This document shows, in pieces, positions 38,758-48,804 of a DNA stretch of 64,000 bases; position 1 is the first letter of the stretch, and each line of letters starts with the position of its first letter. The DNA is from Candidatus Krumholzibacteriota bacterium. Its GTDB lineage: Bacteria; Krumholzibacteriota; Krumholzibacteriia; JAJRXK01. The notes beneath the pieces were generated by a model. The model worked only from the letters and a program-made list of their open reading frames with translations, was not told the origin of the DNA and did not search any database. A program made the position numbers and the translations under genes. The stretch is taken from positions 32,001-96,000 of the forward strand of contig CAVSGG010000012.1 of the NCBI GenBank assembly GCA_963727455.1. Direction: 5' to 3'.

Positions 38758-39310
38758 TCTGATCCCACTCCTCGATGAGCGCGTCCACTTTCTCCACCGT
38801 GAGATTTTCGTAGAAATGATCTCCGACCTGCATCATGGGCCCGTAGCCGCACGCGCCGAGACACTCGACCTCTTCCATACGCCACTTTCCGTCCGCCGAA
38901 GTTTCGTTCGCCTCGACTCCCAGCCGGTCCTTGATGTGGTCGATGATCTTGCGCGCTCCCATGAGATGGCAGCTGATGTTACGGCAGACCTGGAGGTTGT
39001 GCCGACCCGGGTCCTCGGTGTAGTACATCGTGTAGAAGCTGATGAGCTCGTACACACGGGTCACCGGAACCTCCAGGCGCTGCGCCACCCACTCCGGGAT
39101 TCCCGGTCTCAGCCATCCCCACTCCGCCTGGCACAGCCAGAGCGTGGGCATGATCGCGCTGTAGGGAGTGGGATAGCGCCGCACGAGTTCCTGGAACTTC
39201 TCTTCCCGCTCCGCACTGAAGGCGAAGGGGCTCTCGCTCTGCGGCGCTTCGGGGCTCTCGAGCTCAGCCGCGCCCTCGACGCCCTCGCTCGCTTGCTGGT
39301 TCTCGTTCAT
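38750..39310 (-). CDS. nuoE: NADH-quinone oxidoreductase subunit E
   Basis: SFYTMY, VCRNISC, ECLGAC (2Fe-2S). ATG 39310 overlaps the nuoD stop. Confidence 0.95.
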   Translation of the reverse strand: MNENQQASEGVEGAAELESPEAPQSESPFAFSAEREEKFQELVRRYPTPYSAIMPTLWLCQAEWGWLRPGIPEWVAQRLEVPVTRVYELISFYTMYYTEDPGRHNLQVCRNISCHLMGARKIIDHIKDRLGVEANETSADGKWRMEEVECLGACGYGPMMQVGDHFYENLTVEKVDALIEEWDQSE

Positions 39311-41059
39311 CGATCCAACTCTCCGGCGACGATATTCAATCCGCCCAGGATGGCGATGGCGTCGGGCACCATCAGGCCCTGGACGAGGGTGGGAAAGGAC
39401 GAAAAGATGGGAAAGCACGGCGGCCGGACCTTGATCCGGTAGGGATGCCCCGAACCATCACTCACGCAATAGAATCCGAGTTCGCCGTTGGCCGCCTCGG
39501 TGAAACCGTAGCCCTCGCCTGCGGGAACCTGGATACCCTCGAAGATGATCTTGAAGTGATTCATCATCCCCTCGATCGAGTTGTACACCTCGTCCTTGGG
39601 GGGCAGCACACAGCGGCGGTCATCGGCTTGAACCGGACCCTGCGGTAGCTTTTCCAAAGCCTGGCGGATGATGGAGATCGACTGGTAGATCTCCTCGACG
39701 CGCACCATGATACGGTCGTAGGCGTCGCCGTTCTCACCAATGGGGATGTCGAAATCGTAGTTCTCGTAGCCGGAATAGGGGAAGGCTTTGCGCACGTCGT
39801 AGGCCACTCCGGTGGCACGCAGACACGGTCCGGTGTAGCCCCAACTCAGAGCATCCTTCTCGCTGATCGCACCGATGCCGACAGTACGATCCATGAGAAT
39901 CCGGTTGCGCTGCACCAGACCCATCATGTCGGAGACGCCCTTCTCGACCTTGGGCAGGGCATTCAGGAGATCGTTTTCGAATCCCTCGTAGAGATCGCGG
40001 TAGAGCCCGCCGATGCGGGTGTAGCTCGTCGTGAGTCTCTCGCCGCACAGGCGCTCCACGATGTTGTTGAAGTACTCGCGCGCATTCCAGGTGTACCAGT
40101 AGTTGGTCAGTGCTCCGATGTCCACCAGGTTGGTGCCGGTGGCCACGAGATGATCCATGATGCGACCCATCTCGCTGACGATGACGCGGATGGCCTGTGC
40201 GCGCGGGGGAATCTCCACCCCCAGGAGCTTTTCCACCGCCAAGACGTAGCCCACGTTGTTCGTGAGGGCGCTCACGTAATTCAAACGATCGGTATAGGGG
40301 ATCACCTGGTGCCAGGTGTGATCTTCGGCCTCTTTCTCGAAGCAGCGGTGCAGATAGCCAATCTCCGCCTTCCCGTGCACGATCGTCTCGCCGTCCAGTA
40401 CCGCCTCGATGCGCAGAGCGCCGTGCGTGGCGGGATGACTGGGTCCGATGTTCACCGGGAGGTAGTCGGAGTGCATTTCGTCGCTGAATTCCCCTCCGAG
40501 CGTGCCTTCCCATCCTCCTTCGGTGCCCCACTGTCCTTTGTGGGAGGACTCACGGCCGGGAAGTATCTCCTCGTCGGAAAGGAGCTTCTCGACCGTGTAG
40601 CACATTTGCCCCTTTCCGATGGGGTAGTCCTTACGCAGCGCATTGCCTTTGAACTCGTGGTGGCAGAGGATGCGCCGCAAATCGGGATGATCGGAAAACT
40701 TCACCCCGTACATGTCGAAGACTTCACGCTCGTGCCAGTTGGCCGAATTGTAGAGACCGGTGGCACTGGGAACGGTTCTCGTCCTCGTTCACGCGGGTCC
40801 GCACGCGAATGCGGTGGCCCTTCTCGATACTGCGCAGGTTGTAGATCACCTCGAAGCGCTTCTCGCGCTGCGGAAAATCTACCCCGACGACATCCAGAAG
40901 GAGATTGCAGTCGCACTGTGAATCGTCACGCAAGAAGCGCAAAACTTCGGGGAGGTCCTGGGGAGCGACATCGACGCTGCTGTCTCCGAGAGCTTCGCTT
41001 TGGCCCAAGATCTTCTCGCCAAACTGCTCCTGGACGCGCTCAGACAGTCTTCTGGACAC
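39307..41059 (-). CDS. nuoCD: Fused NADH-quinone oxidoreductase subunit C/D (one extra base near 40777)
   Basis: NuoC part (GVDF..R.RFEV.YNL.S, ANWHERE.FDMYG..F..HPDLRRIL, LRKDYP) continues in frame into NuoD (NIGPSHPATHG.L, IGYLHR..EK, DRLNY, GELDR). Removing one A joins the 40724-41059 ORF to it. Confidence 0.9.
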
Positions 41060-41546
41060 GGTGACGCTCCTTGGCGGCCTTTACACCTTCGCGTTCGATC
41101 TTCTTTTGGAGTTGCACCAGAGCACCCAGCAAATTCTCTGGAGTGGGCGGACATCCCGCAACGTAGAGATCGGTGGGAATCACGCGGTCGATTCCCTGCA
41201 GCGTGCCGTAATTGTTATAGAAGCCCCCCGAGCTAGCACACACCCCCATGGCGATTACCCACTTGGGTTCGGCCATCTGCTCGTAGATGCGCTTGAGAAT
41301 CGGCGCCTGCTTGTAGGAAATCGTTCCCGCCACCAGCAGGAGATCACTCTGCCTGGGACTGAAACGAATGGCTTCGGCACCGAAGCGCGACACGTCGCTC
41401 ATCGATCCCACGACACCCATGAACTCGATGGCGCAACACGCCGTGCCGAAGGGCATGGGCCACAGACTGTACTTTCTGCCCCAATTCAGCGCGTGACGAA
41501 GACTCGTGGTGATGTAGTTCGAAGGATGGTCGAGACTCACTCCCAT
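41040..41546 (-). CDS. nuoB: NADH-quinone oxidoreductase subunit B
   Basis: FGTACCAIE, SPRQ.D, YEQM.EPKWVIAMG.CA.SGG, GCPP.PE. Confidence 0.96.
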   Translation of the reverse strand: MGVSLDHPSNYITTSLRHALNWGRKYSLWPMPFGTACCAIEFMGVVGSMSDVSRFGAEAIRFSPRQSDLLLVAGTISYKQAPILKRIYEQMAEPKWVIAMGVCASSGGFYNNYGTLQGIDRVIPTDLYVAGCPPTPENLLGALVQLQKKIEREGVKAAKERHRVQKTV

Positions 41547-41905
41547 TCCAAAGCCCCCTTCTTCCATTCGTAGAGAAGTCCCACCACTAGGAGTACGAAA
41601 AACGCACTCATCGCAAGAAAGAGCTTCAGGCCCACGCCCATCGCGACGAAAGAGCGAAAGTTGAGCGCCCACGGCACGAGAAATACCGTTTCCAGGTCGA
41701 AGAGCAAGAAGAGGAGGGCCACCACGTAGAAGCGCACGAAGAAGCGGACTTTGGTGGTGCCCCGGCTGGGAACCCCGCACTCGTAGGTCGTCTGTTTCCC
41801 GGGCGTGGGGTTGCTCGGGCCCAGGAGCCTGGAGAGCAAAAGGAACAACAGACTGAATCCGGTCGCGATGATCACTACCAAGAGAATCGGAAAGTAGTCG
41901 TTCAT
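41537..41905 (-). CDS. nuoA: NADH-quinone oxidoreductase subunit A
   Basis: K...YECG, RFY.VALLFLLFDLE..FL.PWA, YEWKKGALEW. Confidence 0.96.
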   Translation of the reverse strand: MNDYFPILLVVIIATGFSLLFLLLSRLLGPSNPTPGKQTTYECGVPSRGTTKVRFFVRFYVVALLFLLFDLETVFLVPWALNFRSFVAMGVGLKLFLAMSAFFVLLVVGLLYEWKKGALEWE

Positions 41906-42015
41906 CGAGAACACACTCCGTCAGCCGTGGGGAGGGGAGCCGGTTGCAGGGGCGCGCCCAAGCCCTTCCCCCGGCCAAAATCTACCGATGCAGCGCTAGG
42001 TGCTTGCGGGGCGCA

Positions 42016-42044
42016 AAGCTATACATCATACAGAAGGAAGTCAA
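42016..42044 (-). promoter_or_regulatory. Candidate sigma70 promoter of the nuo operon
   Basis: Minus strand TTGACT-N17-TAGCTT in a locally AT-richer spacer, about 110 nt above nuoA. Confidence 0.55.
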
Positions 42045-42077
42045 CCGAAGCCCCCCGCCCCCAAAGAGCCCCCGCGC

Positions 42078-43541
42078 ATGCCCACGACCTCGTTGAACAT
42101 TCCTGTCGCGCTGGATCCTCTGCAGGTGGCGAGCGGGCTGGCCGAGCGTCCCGGCACGCTGCTCTTGCATACACAGCGGCCCTGGGGGCGCTACCGGCGT
42201 TCCGCGCTTCTCTTCGACCCACGCTGGGTGCTACGCCAACGCGCCTCAGAGACGCCGCAGTGGAGCGGAGAAGTGCCGGCAGGGGAACCCCCGGCCGAGG
42301 ACGCCGACCGCTTGATGGGAAAACTGGCAGATCTTTGGCCACTTGACCCAGCCCCTCGAGCCCACTTCACCGGGCTCGCCGGTTGCCTGAGCTTCGAACT
42401 GGGCAGCGCCCGCTATGGTCTGAGGGCAGCCCAAGCTCCCCCTTTCGACCTACCAGATGCCTGGATCGGCGCCTTCGATCTGGCGCTGGTCTTCGGCACG
42501 GACGAGCCGACCCGTCTCATCGTTTCCGATCTGTATCCACTCGTGCCGCGCCGCGGGCACACCGGAAGCGGAGACGCCACCGCGCTGCTCCACGCGCGGG
42601 TGGAACATGCACTGACGCTCATGGAAGAGGCGAATGCGCGCGCGCTCCGAAGAAACGAGGCGATGCGAGGCCGCCCACGCGCCATCAGGGGCGTGCGCGA
42701 AGCAAGCTTCTTCGACGAGCGTTGGCACGCGCGCGCGGTGGAAAGCGTGAAGCACCACTTGCGAGCGGGGGATGTCTACCAGGTCAACCTCACGGGAATG
42801 GCGACCGCACGCTCGGACATCTCGCCCTTCGATGCCTTCCTGGATCAGGCCGCGCGCAACCCGGTGCCCTTTGCCGCCTTCTTGAACACCGGTGAAGCCA
42901 CGATCTGTTCCCACTCCCCCGAGCTTCTGCTCGGCCTATCCGGCGAGCGCGCCGAAACCGCTCCCATCAAGGGCACGGCCCTCGAGGCGTTTGGAGACTG
43001 GAAGGGCCTGAGAGAGAGCGCAAAGGAGTGCGCCGAGCACCTCATGATCGTCGATCTCTGTCGCAATGATCTCGGTGCCGCGGCCCGCTATGGCACGGTG
43101 AAGGTCAAGGAGTTCATGGCGCCTCTGCGCCTCCACCATCTCGTCCATTTGGTGAGCCGAATCGAGGCGAGAGTTCCCACGGCCAACCGCCCCCGGCTGC
43201 TCAGCGATCTCTTCCCCGGCGGCAGCGTAACCGGCGCCCCCAAGCGGCGGGCGATCGAGATCATCACGCGCCTGGAGACCGGCGCGCGCGGCCCCTACAC
43301 CGGCAGTCTGGGATTCTTCGACAGAAGCGGCCGCGGCGTGTGGAACATCGCCATCCGAACGGCGGTATGGCAGGAGGGCACGGTGGCCTTCGGCTGCGGC
43401 GGAGGGATCGTGCTCGATAGCGATCCTGCAGCTGAGTACAAGGAGGCCGTGTTGAAGGCGCGCTCGTTCTTTGATACCCTGAATACCCTGAGCGCGCACG
43501 ACCGTGACGCGCGCCCCGCGGCCCAGCAAGGAGCACCATGA
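42078..43541 (+). CDS. pabB: Aminodeoxychorismate synthase component I (chorismate-binding family)
   Basis: GDVYQVNL, SPE, PIKGT (Lys form typical of PabB, versus PIAGT in TrpE), AEHLMIVDL.RNDLG, FPGGSVTGAPK, NIAIRT. Confidence 0.8.
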   Translation: MPTTSLNIPVALDPLQVASGLAERPGTLLLHTQRPWGRYRRSALLFDPRWVLRQRASETPQWSGEVPAGEPPAEDADRLMGKLADLWPLDPAPRAHFTGLAGCLSFELGSARYGLRAAQAPPFDLPDAWIGAFDLALVFGTDEPTRLIVSDLYPLVPRRGHTGSGDATALLHARVEHALTLMEEANARALRRNEAMRGRPRAIRGVREASFFDERWHARAVESVKHHLRAGDVYQVNLTGMATARSDISPFDAFLDQAARNPVPFAAFLNTGEATICSHSPELLLGLSGERAETAPIKGTALEAFGDWKGLRESAKECAEHLMIVDLCRNDLGAAARYGTVKVKEFMAPLRLHHLVHLVSRIEARVPTANRPRLLSDLFPGGSVTGAPKRRAIEIITRLETGARGPYTGSLGFFDRSGRGVWNIAIRTAVWQEGTVAFGCGGGIVLDSDPAAEYKEAVLKARSFFDTLNTLSAHDRDARPAAQQGAP

Positions 43542-44422
43542 AGGTTCACCTGAACGGCGAACTCGTCGCTGCCGATGAGGCTCGGGTCTCGCCCTTTGAT
43601 GCCGGATATCTCTATGGCGACGGGCTCTTCGACACACTGAGGAGCTATCGTGGATTCAACTACTTGCTCGCCGAACACGTACAGCGTCTGGCCCGCGAAG
43701 CGGAACTCCTGCAGATCCCCTTCGATTCCTCCCCCGGAACTTGGGACCACCTCATCGGCGAGGTTTTGCAAGCGAACGATCTTCAGGACAAGGACGCCCG
43801 CGTGCGCATCCAAATCAGCCGCGGCGGAGGACCCCGCACCGATCAAGTCAGTGTCGATCCCGAGCAGATGCAGCCGGTGGTTTTCATCGTCGCCACCGAG
43901 GTGTCGGAGGAGGTGTCGTCGCTGCAGGAGCGCGGCGCGCGCATTCTTTCCATGCAGAGCGCATTCGCGCGCGGGAACTTCCCTCAGATCAAATCTCTCA
44001 ACTACTTGCCCAGCATCATGGCACTGCGTTTCGCGCGCGCCAGAGGATTTGACGAAGCCTGTCTGCTGAACCGTCAGAACAAAGTGCTCGAGTGTGCCAC
44101 CTCGAACATCTTCCTCTTGAAGGGGAAAGTCCTGCGAACCCCCTCCCGCCGCCTGGGAATTCTTCCCGGTATCACGCGCGGTAGAATCATGCAACTGGCG
44201 GAGCAGCAGGGGCTGAAAGTCGAGGAGGCCGCCAGTGAACTGCGCGATCTGGTGACGGCGGACGAGGTCTTCCTCACCGGTTCGGTAAAGGAGATCACCC
44301 CGGTGGTGGGCTTGGACGAGGGGCCCGTCGCGGGCGGGCGGGCCGGCGAGTGGACGAGGCGCCTGCAGGACGCCTATCGCGAGGACATCGAGTTGACCCG
44401 CGGCGCTCAAGCCGCGGGCTGA
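43538..44422 (+). CDS. Class IV PLP aminotransferase (probable ADC lyase PabC, or IlvE/Dat-like)
   Basis: D.G.LYGDGLF.T.R, H..RL, KSLNY, E..TSNIF, LPGITR, ADEVFLTGS. ATGA overlap with pabB. Confidence 0.88.
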   Translation: MKVHLNGELVAADEARVSPFDAGYLYGDGLFDTLRSYRGFNYLLAEHVQRLAREAELLQIPFDSSPGTWDHLIGEVLQANDLQDKDARVRIQISRGGGPRTDQVSVDPEQMQPVVFIVATEVSEEVSSLQERGARILSMQSAFARGNFPQIKSLNYLPSIMALRFARARGFDEACLLNRQNKVLECATSNIFLLKGKVLRTPSRRLGILPGITRGRIMQLAEQQGLKVEEAASELRDLVTADEVFLTGSVKEITPVVGLDEGPVAGGRAGEWTRRLQDAYREDIELTRGAQAAG

Positions 44423-44427
44423 GAAAT

Positions 44428-44462
44428 GCCCCGGCCGCGCGCGGCGCGACCGGGGCTTCTTT
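44428..44462. terminator. Probable bidirectional terminator between convergent genes
   Basis: GCCCCGG-C-CGCGC-gcg-GCGCG-A-CCGGGGC followed by TTCTTT; AAAT on the other side. Confidence 0.6.
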
Positions 44463-44503
44463 GGAACGAGGCTCCTCTTCCCGGCACGTTCCGCCGGGAA
44501 TTT

Positions 44504-45323
44504 CTACTTATAGCGTTTGATGATGTGGAACCCGAAAGGCGTTTCCACAATTCCACTTACCTCGCCAACCTTCAGCTTGAAAGCCGCGTCCTCGAAGGGG
44601 CCAACCATCATCCCGCGTCCGAAGGCGCCCAGGTCGCCGCCCCGCATCTTGGTCGGGCCGTCGCTGTACTCCTCCGCCACCTTCGCGAAGTCCTCCCCCG
44701 CCTTGATCTTGGCCAGCGCGGAGTCGGCGCGCGCCATGGCCTCCTCACGCGTCCGCGTGATGTTCGGCGGTTTGCGAACCGAACCGTCGTACATGACGAG
44801 GATGTGACGGCAGGAGATCTTCTCGACCTTCTTGCGCAGGATCACGTGGTAGCCGAAGGGAGTTTCCACTGGGTCGCTAATGCCGCCAATGGGCAGTTTC
44901 TCGATCGCCGCGTCGAATTGGGGAATCATGCGCCCCTTCTGCCAAATCCCCAAGTTCCCGCCGCGCTCGGCGGAGGGTCCGTCGGAGTATTCCTTCGCGA
45001 GCTCAGCGAAGTCCTCGCCCTTACGGGCGCGCTCGGCGATCTGCTTGGCCAGTGCGAGTGCCTCTTCCTTGGTCCGAGTGATTGGTGGAGTCGGCTCTCT
45101 GACTTCCCTTGTACTGGATCAAAATATGCGCGCCCGCGAACTCGACGGGCTGCGCAGGGGTCGCGTTCATGCTGTCGCCCGTTGCAGTCTGAGCCGTGGC
45201 CTCTTCCGTGCTAGTGTTCGCGCTAGCATTTTCCTCCGCCTCGGTCTTCTTGCCGGTGCAAGCGCTGAGTGCGATGAGGAGGATCGCCAGGGCGACCATG
45301 ATGTGACGGTGCTTCATTCTCAT
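44504..45323 (-). CDS. Lipoprotein parvulin-type peptidyl-prolyl isomerase, two domains (indel near 45083)
   Basis: Lipobox LSA-C; HIL..Y.GS, GEDF..A.EYSDGP...GG.LG and VETPFG.H.I each occur twice. Confidence 0.88.
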
Positions 45324-45342
45324 TCCTTAGAGGGTAATGTAA

Positions 45343-46338
45343 TCAGCCGGCCATCTTGCCCAGCAAATCCACGACCCGGTTCGAGTAGCCCCATTCGTTG
45401 TCGTACCAGCTCACGACACGCGCCATTCCCACGGGATGGCTCTGTGTGCTGGGTGCATCGAAGATGCTCGAATGGGAATTGCCGATGATGTCGCTGGATA
45501 CCAGCGCCTCCTCGGAGTACAGAAGGACGGAGGCCATGGGTCCGGCTGCCGCCTCTTTCATCGCTCGATTGATGTCCTCGACGCTGGCTGGCCGTTGCAG
45601 TACGACCGTCAGGTCCACGATCGAACCGTCGGGTACGGGCACCCTCATGGCCATCCCATCGAGCTTACCATCCAGAGCAGGCAACACTTTGCCGACCGCC
45701 CGTGCTGCGCCGGTGGTGGTGGGAATGATGTTCTCCGCCGCCGCCCGGCTCCGGCGAAGATCCTTGTGAGGCACGTCGGCCAGCCTCTGGTCGTTGGTGT
45801 AGGCGTGAACCGTGGTGACCAGGCCCTTCTCGATGCCGAAGCTCTCGTGCAGGACCTTGGCCACCGGCGCCAGACAGTTGGTGGTACAGGAGGCGTTGGA
45901 AACGATGCGGTGTTCTGGTTTGAGCGTTTCATCGTTCACTCCCAGAACGATCGTCGCGTCGATCGCATCCTTGGCGGGTACCGTCAGCAAGACTTTGCCC
46001 GCCCCCGCCTTGAGGTGCGGTTCGAGGGTCTCGCGGGTACGAAAGCGCCCGGTGGATTCGATCACGAGATCCACGCCGAGTTCCTTCCAGGGCAACTCCA
46101 GGACCTCTCCGATCGCGGTCATGCGCGGACTCTGCGTTCCCGCTTTGAGTACGCTCTCCGAGAGCTCGACTTTCCCCTCGTAGGTGCCCATCACCGTGTC
46201 GTACTTGAAGAGATAGGCCAGGGCTTCGTTGGAGGCGATGTCGTTGATCGCGACGACCTTGACGTCCTCGCGCCGTGAGAGGATACGAAACACGCTGCGT
46301 CCGATGCGTCCAAATCCATTGATGGCTACCGTGATCAT
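45343..46338 (-). CDS. gap: Glyceraldehyde-3-phosphate dehydrogenase type I
   Basis: INGFGRIGR, SNASCTTNCLAP, HAYT, NIIPTTTGAA, MAMRVP, WYDNEWGYS. Confidence 0.97.
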   Translation of the reverse strand: MITVAINGFGRIGRSVFRILSRREDVKVVAINDIASNEALAYLFKYDTVMGTYEGKVELSESVLKAGTQSPRMTAIGEVLELPWKELGVDLVIESTGRFRTRETLEPHLKAGAGKVLLTVPAKDAIDATIVLGVNDETLKPEHRIVSNASCTTNCLAPVAKVLHESFGIEKGLVTTVHAYTNDQRLADVPHKDLRRSRAAAENIIPTTTGAARAVGKVLPALDGKLDGMAMRVPVPDGSIVDLTVVLQRPASVEDINRAMKEAAAGPMASVLLYSEEALVSSDIIGNSHSSIFDAPSTQSHPVGMARVVSWYDNEWGYSNRVVDLLGKMAG

Positions 46339-47384
46339 CGTCTACCTCCCTCCCTTCGGCGCGGTGCGCCGCCTCGCGCAGTCCCAGGATTCTCGTAATC
46401 AACTCGACCACCCGGTTGGCGTAGCCCCAACCGTTGTCGTACCAGATCACCGACTTGGCCAGGTTTCCTCCGATGACGAGAGTGCAGAGACTGTCGAAGA
46501 TCGCCGAGTGCGAATTCCCGATAATGTCGCTGCTCACCACCGCATCCTCGCTGTACTCGACGATCGAGGCGTAAGTGGTCTTGGCCGCCGATCGAATCAC
46601 CTCGTTGATCTCCTCGCGTTTCACGTCACGCTCTAGTAGGCAGGTGAGATCGATGTTCGATCCGTCGGGCACCGGCACGTTGAGCGCCATGCCATCCAGC
46701 TTGCCTTCGAGCTCCGGAAGCACGCGCCCGATCCCCGCGGGAGAGTAGGTCGAGGTGGGAATGATGTTCTCCGCCGCGGCGCGACTTCTCCTCAGATCGG
46801 CTCCGGGGACGTCGGCCAGGCGAAGGGCATTGGTGTAGGCGTGCACGGAGGTCATGACCGCGTGCGCCACTCCGAAGTTGTCGTCCAAGTAGGCGCAGGA
46901 TCGGCGCCAAGCGTTGATGGTGCAGGAGCCGTTGCTCACGATACGATGCGAAGCGTCGAGGGCATCGTCGTTCACCCCGGTCACGATCAGGGCATCCACG
47001 TCCTCGGGCGTCTTGGGCGGGTAGCACAGAATGACCGCGTGGGCGCCCCGGTCCAGATGCCGGGTGAGCATCTCGCGCGTGCGGTATTTGCCCGGTGGCC
47101 TCGATGACCACGTCCACCCCCAGCGCGCCCCAGTCCACCTCACCCGGCTCTCTGGCCGTGATCATCTGAATCTGCCGGCCCTTCACGTACATCGCGCTCC
47201 CCACGACCGAAACCGGGTCGCGGAAGCGCCCGTGGACGGTGTCGAATTTCAGCAGATATTCCAGACCCTTGGGATCGGCCACGTCGACGATGGCTCGGAC
47301 TTCGATATCGTCGCGAGGATAGACGATGCGGAAGATGTTCCGGCCGATGCGCCCGAAACCCATGATTCCGATTCGTACGTTCAT
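46335..47384 (-). CDS. Divergent GAPDH paralogue (indels near 47092, 46911, 46893 and probably the C-terminus)
   Basis: IMGFGRIGR, FDTVHG, SNGSCTIN, HAYT, NIIPTSTYSP, MALNVPVPDGS, WYDNGWGYA. Exact stop uncertain. Confidence 0.85.
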
Positions 47385-47519
47385 ATCCGCTCTCACTTCC
47401 GATTGTAGAAGACGCGGGCGAGAGTTGGTCCCCCGCGCCGTCCCGATGCGAGGCATCAAGCTAGCGCCGTTGCGCCAGATTATCCAGTCCCGCGTGCCGG
47501 CGGCCCTCTCGACGCCATC

Positions 47520-47548
47520 TTGCCGCCCCACCCCACAAGTGCTAGTGT
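47520..47548 (+). promoter_or_regulatory. Candidate sigma70 promoter for the dehydrogenase-symporter operon
   Basis: TTGCCG-N17-TAGTGT with extended TGn. Confidence 0.5.
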
Positions 47549-47676
47549 GCCTTGCCGCCTCCGGGAAGACCCTGGAGGCCACAATTCCGGATCGGATCGC
47601 TCCCCCGCGGGCGGGGGACGAGAGCGGCGAGACCCGCACTTTCGGATTGCGGATCGCATTCTCCAAGGAGGACGAA

Positions 47677-48796
47677 GTGGCGAAATATCGCATCGCATGG
47701 ATGCCCGGCGACGGCGTGGGCAAGGAAGTCATGCAGGCTGCGCGAATCTGTTTGGATGCTTTGAACTTCGACGCCGAATACGCCGGACGCGGAAATTGGC
47801 TGGGAGCTGTGGATGAAGGAGGGCAATCCCCTGCCCGATCGCACCCTGGAAATTTTGCGCGGCACCGATGCCTGCCTCTTCGGCGCCATCACCTCCAAGC
47901 CCAAGGCCGAGGCCGAGGCGAGTCTGCCCGAAAATCTCAGAGGCAAGGGACACGAGTACTTCAGTCCCATCGTGCGGCTCCGCCAGGAATTCGACCTGCA
48001 CACCAATCTCAGACCCTGCAAGGCCTACCCGGGGAATCCCCTCAACTACCGGGACACCATCGATCTCGTGGTGTTCCGCGAGAACACCGAGGGACTCTAC
48101 GTCGGAATCGAGTGGAGCCCGGTGCCCGAGGAGTTGTGGAAATCGGTCCGGGCCAATCACAAGAAAGCGGCCCGCTTCGATTCCACGCCACTTGACGAAA
48201 TGGCGATGAGCGTCAGGATCATCACCGAGAAGGGAGCGCGGCGCATCGTGACCCAGGCTTTCGAATATGCCAAGAAGCACGGACGCAAGAGCGTGACCTT
48301 GGTGGAAAAGCCCAACGTTCTGCGTGAAACCAGCGGTCTCATGACGCGCGTCGCGCGTGAAGTCGCGGCTGGCTATCCGGGAATCGAGCTCTGGGAGACC
48401 AACATCGATGCCATGATGATGTGGCTGGTGAAGAACCCCGAGAGCTACGAGGTCATCGTCACTTCGAACATGTTCGGCGACATCACTAGCGACCTCTGCG
48501 CGCAGTTGGTCGGCGGTCTCGGATTCGCGTGCAGCGGTAACATTGGCGACGAGTACGCCGTCTTCGAGCCCACTCACGGCAGTGCGCCAAAATACGAGGG
48601 CCAGAACAAGGTCAATCCCATCGCGGAGATCCTCACCGCGAAAATGATGCTCGAGTGGCTCGGGGAAGGGCAGTTGGCACGACGCTTGGAAGGCGCCGTG
48701 GCCGAGGTCATCGCGGAGGCCAAGGTGCGTACCTACGACATGGGAGGCAACAGCACGACTCTGGAACTCGCTGAGGCCGTGGCTGCCAAACTCTAG
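47677..48796 (+). CDS. Isocitrate/isopropylmalate (beta-decarboxylating) dehydrogenase family (indel near 47784)
   Basis: AAGGAGG RBS; [53 protein letters not shown]. Confidence 0.9.
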
Positions 48797-48804
48797 GAGA
48801 GCGC

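Noticed and set aside
40770-40785. Programmed frameshift in nuoCD
   Set aside because: No slippery heptamer; a single extra A is simpler as a sequencing error.
39307-41546. Group 4 NiFe hydrogenase
   Set aside because: The D subunit lacks CxxC Ni ligands and the full nuoA-N set with NuoEFG is present.
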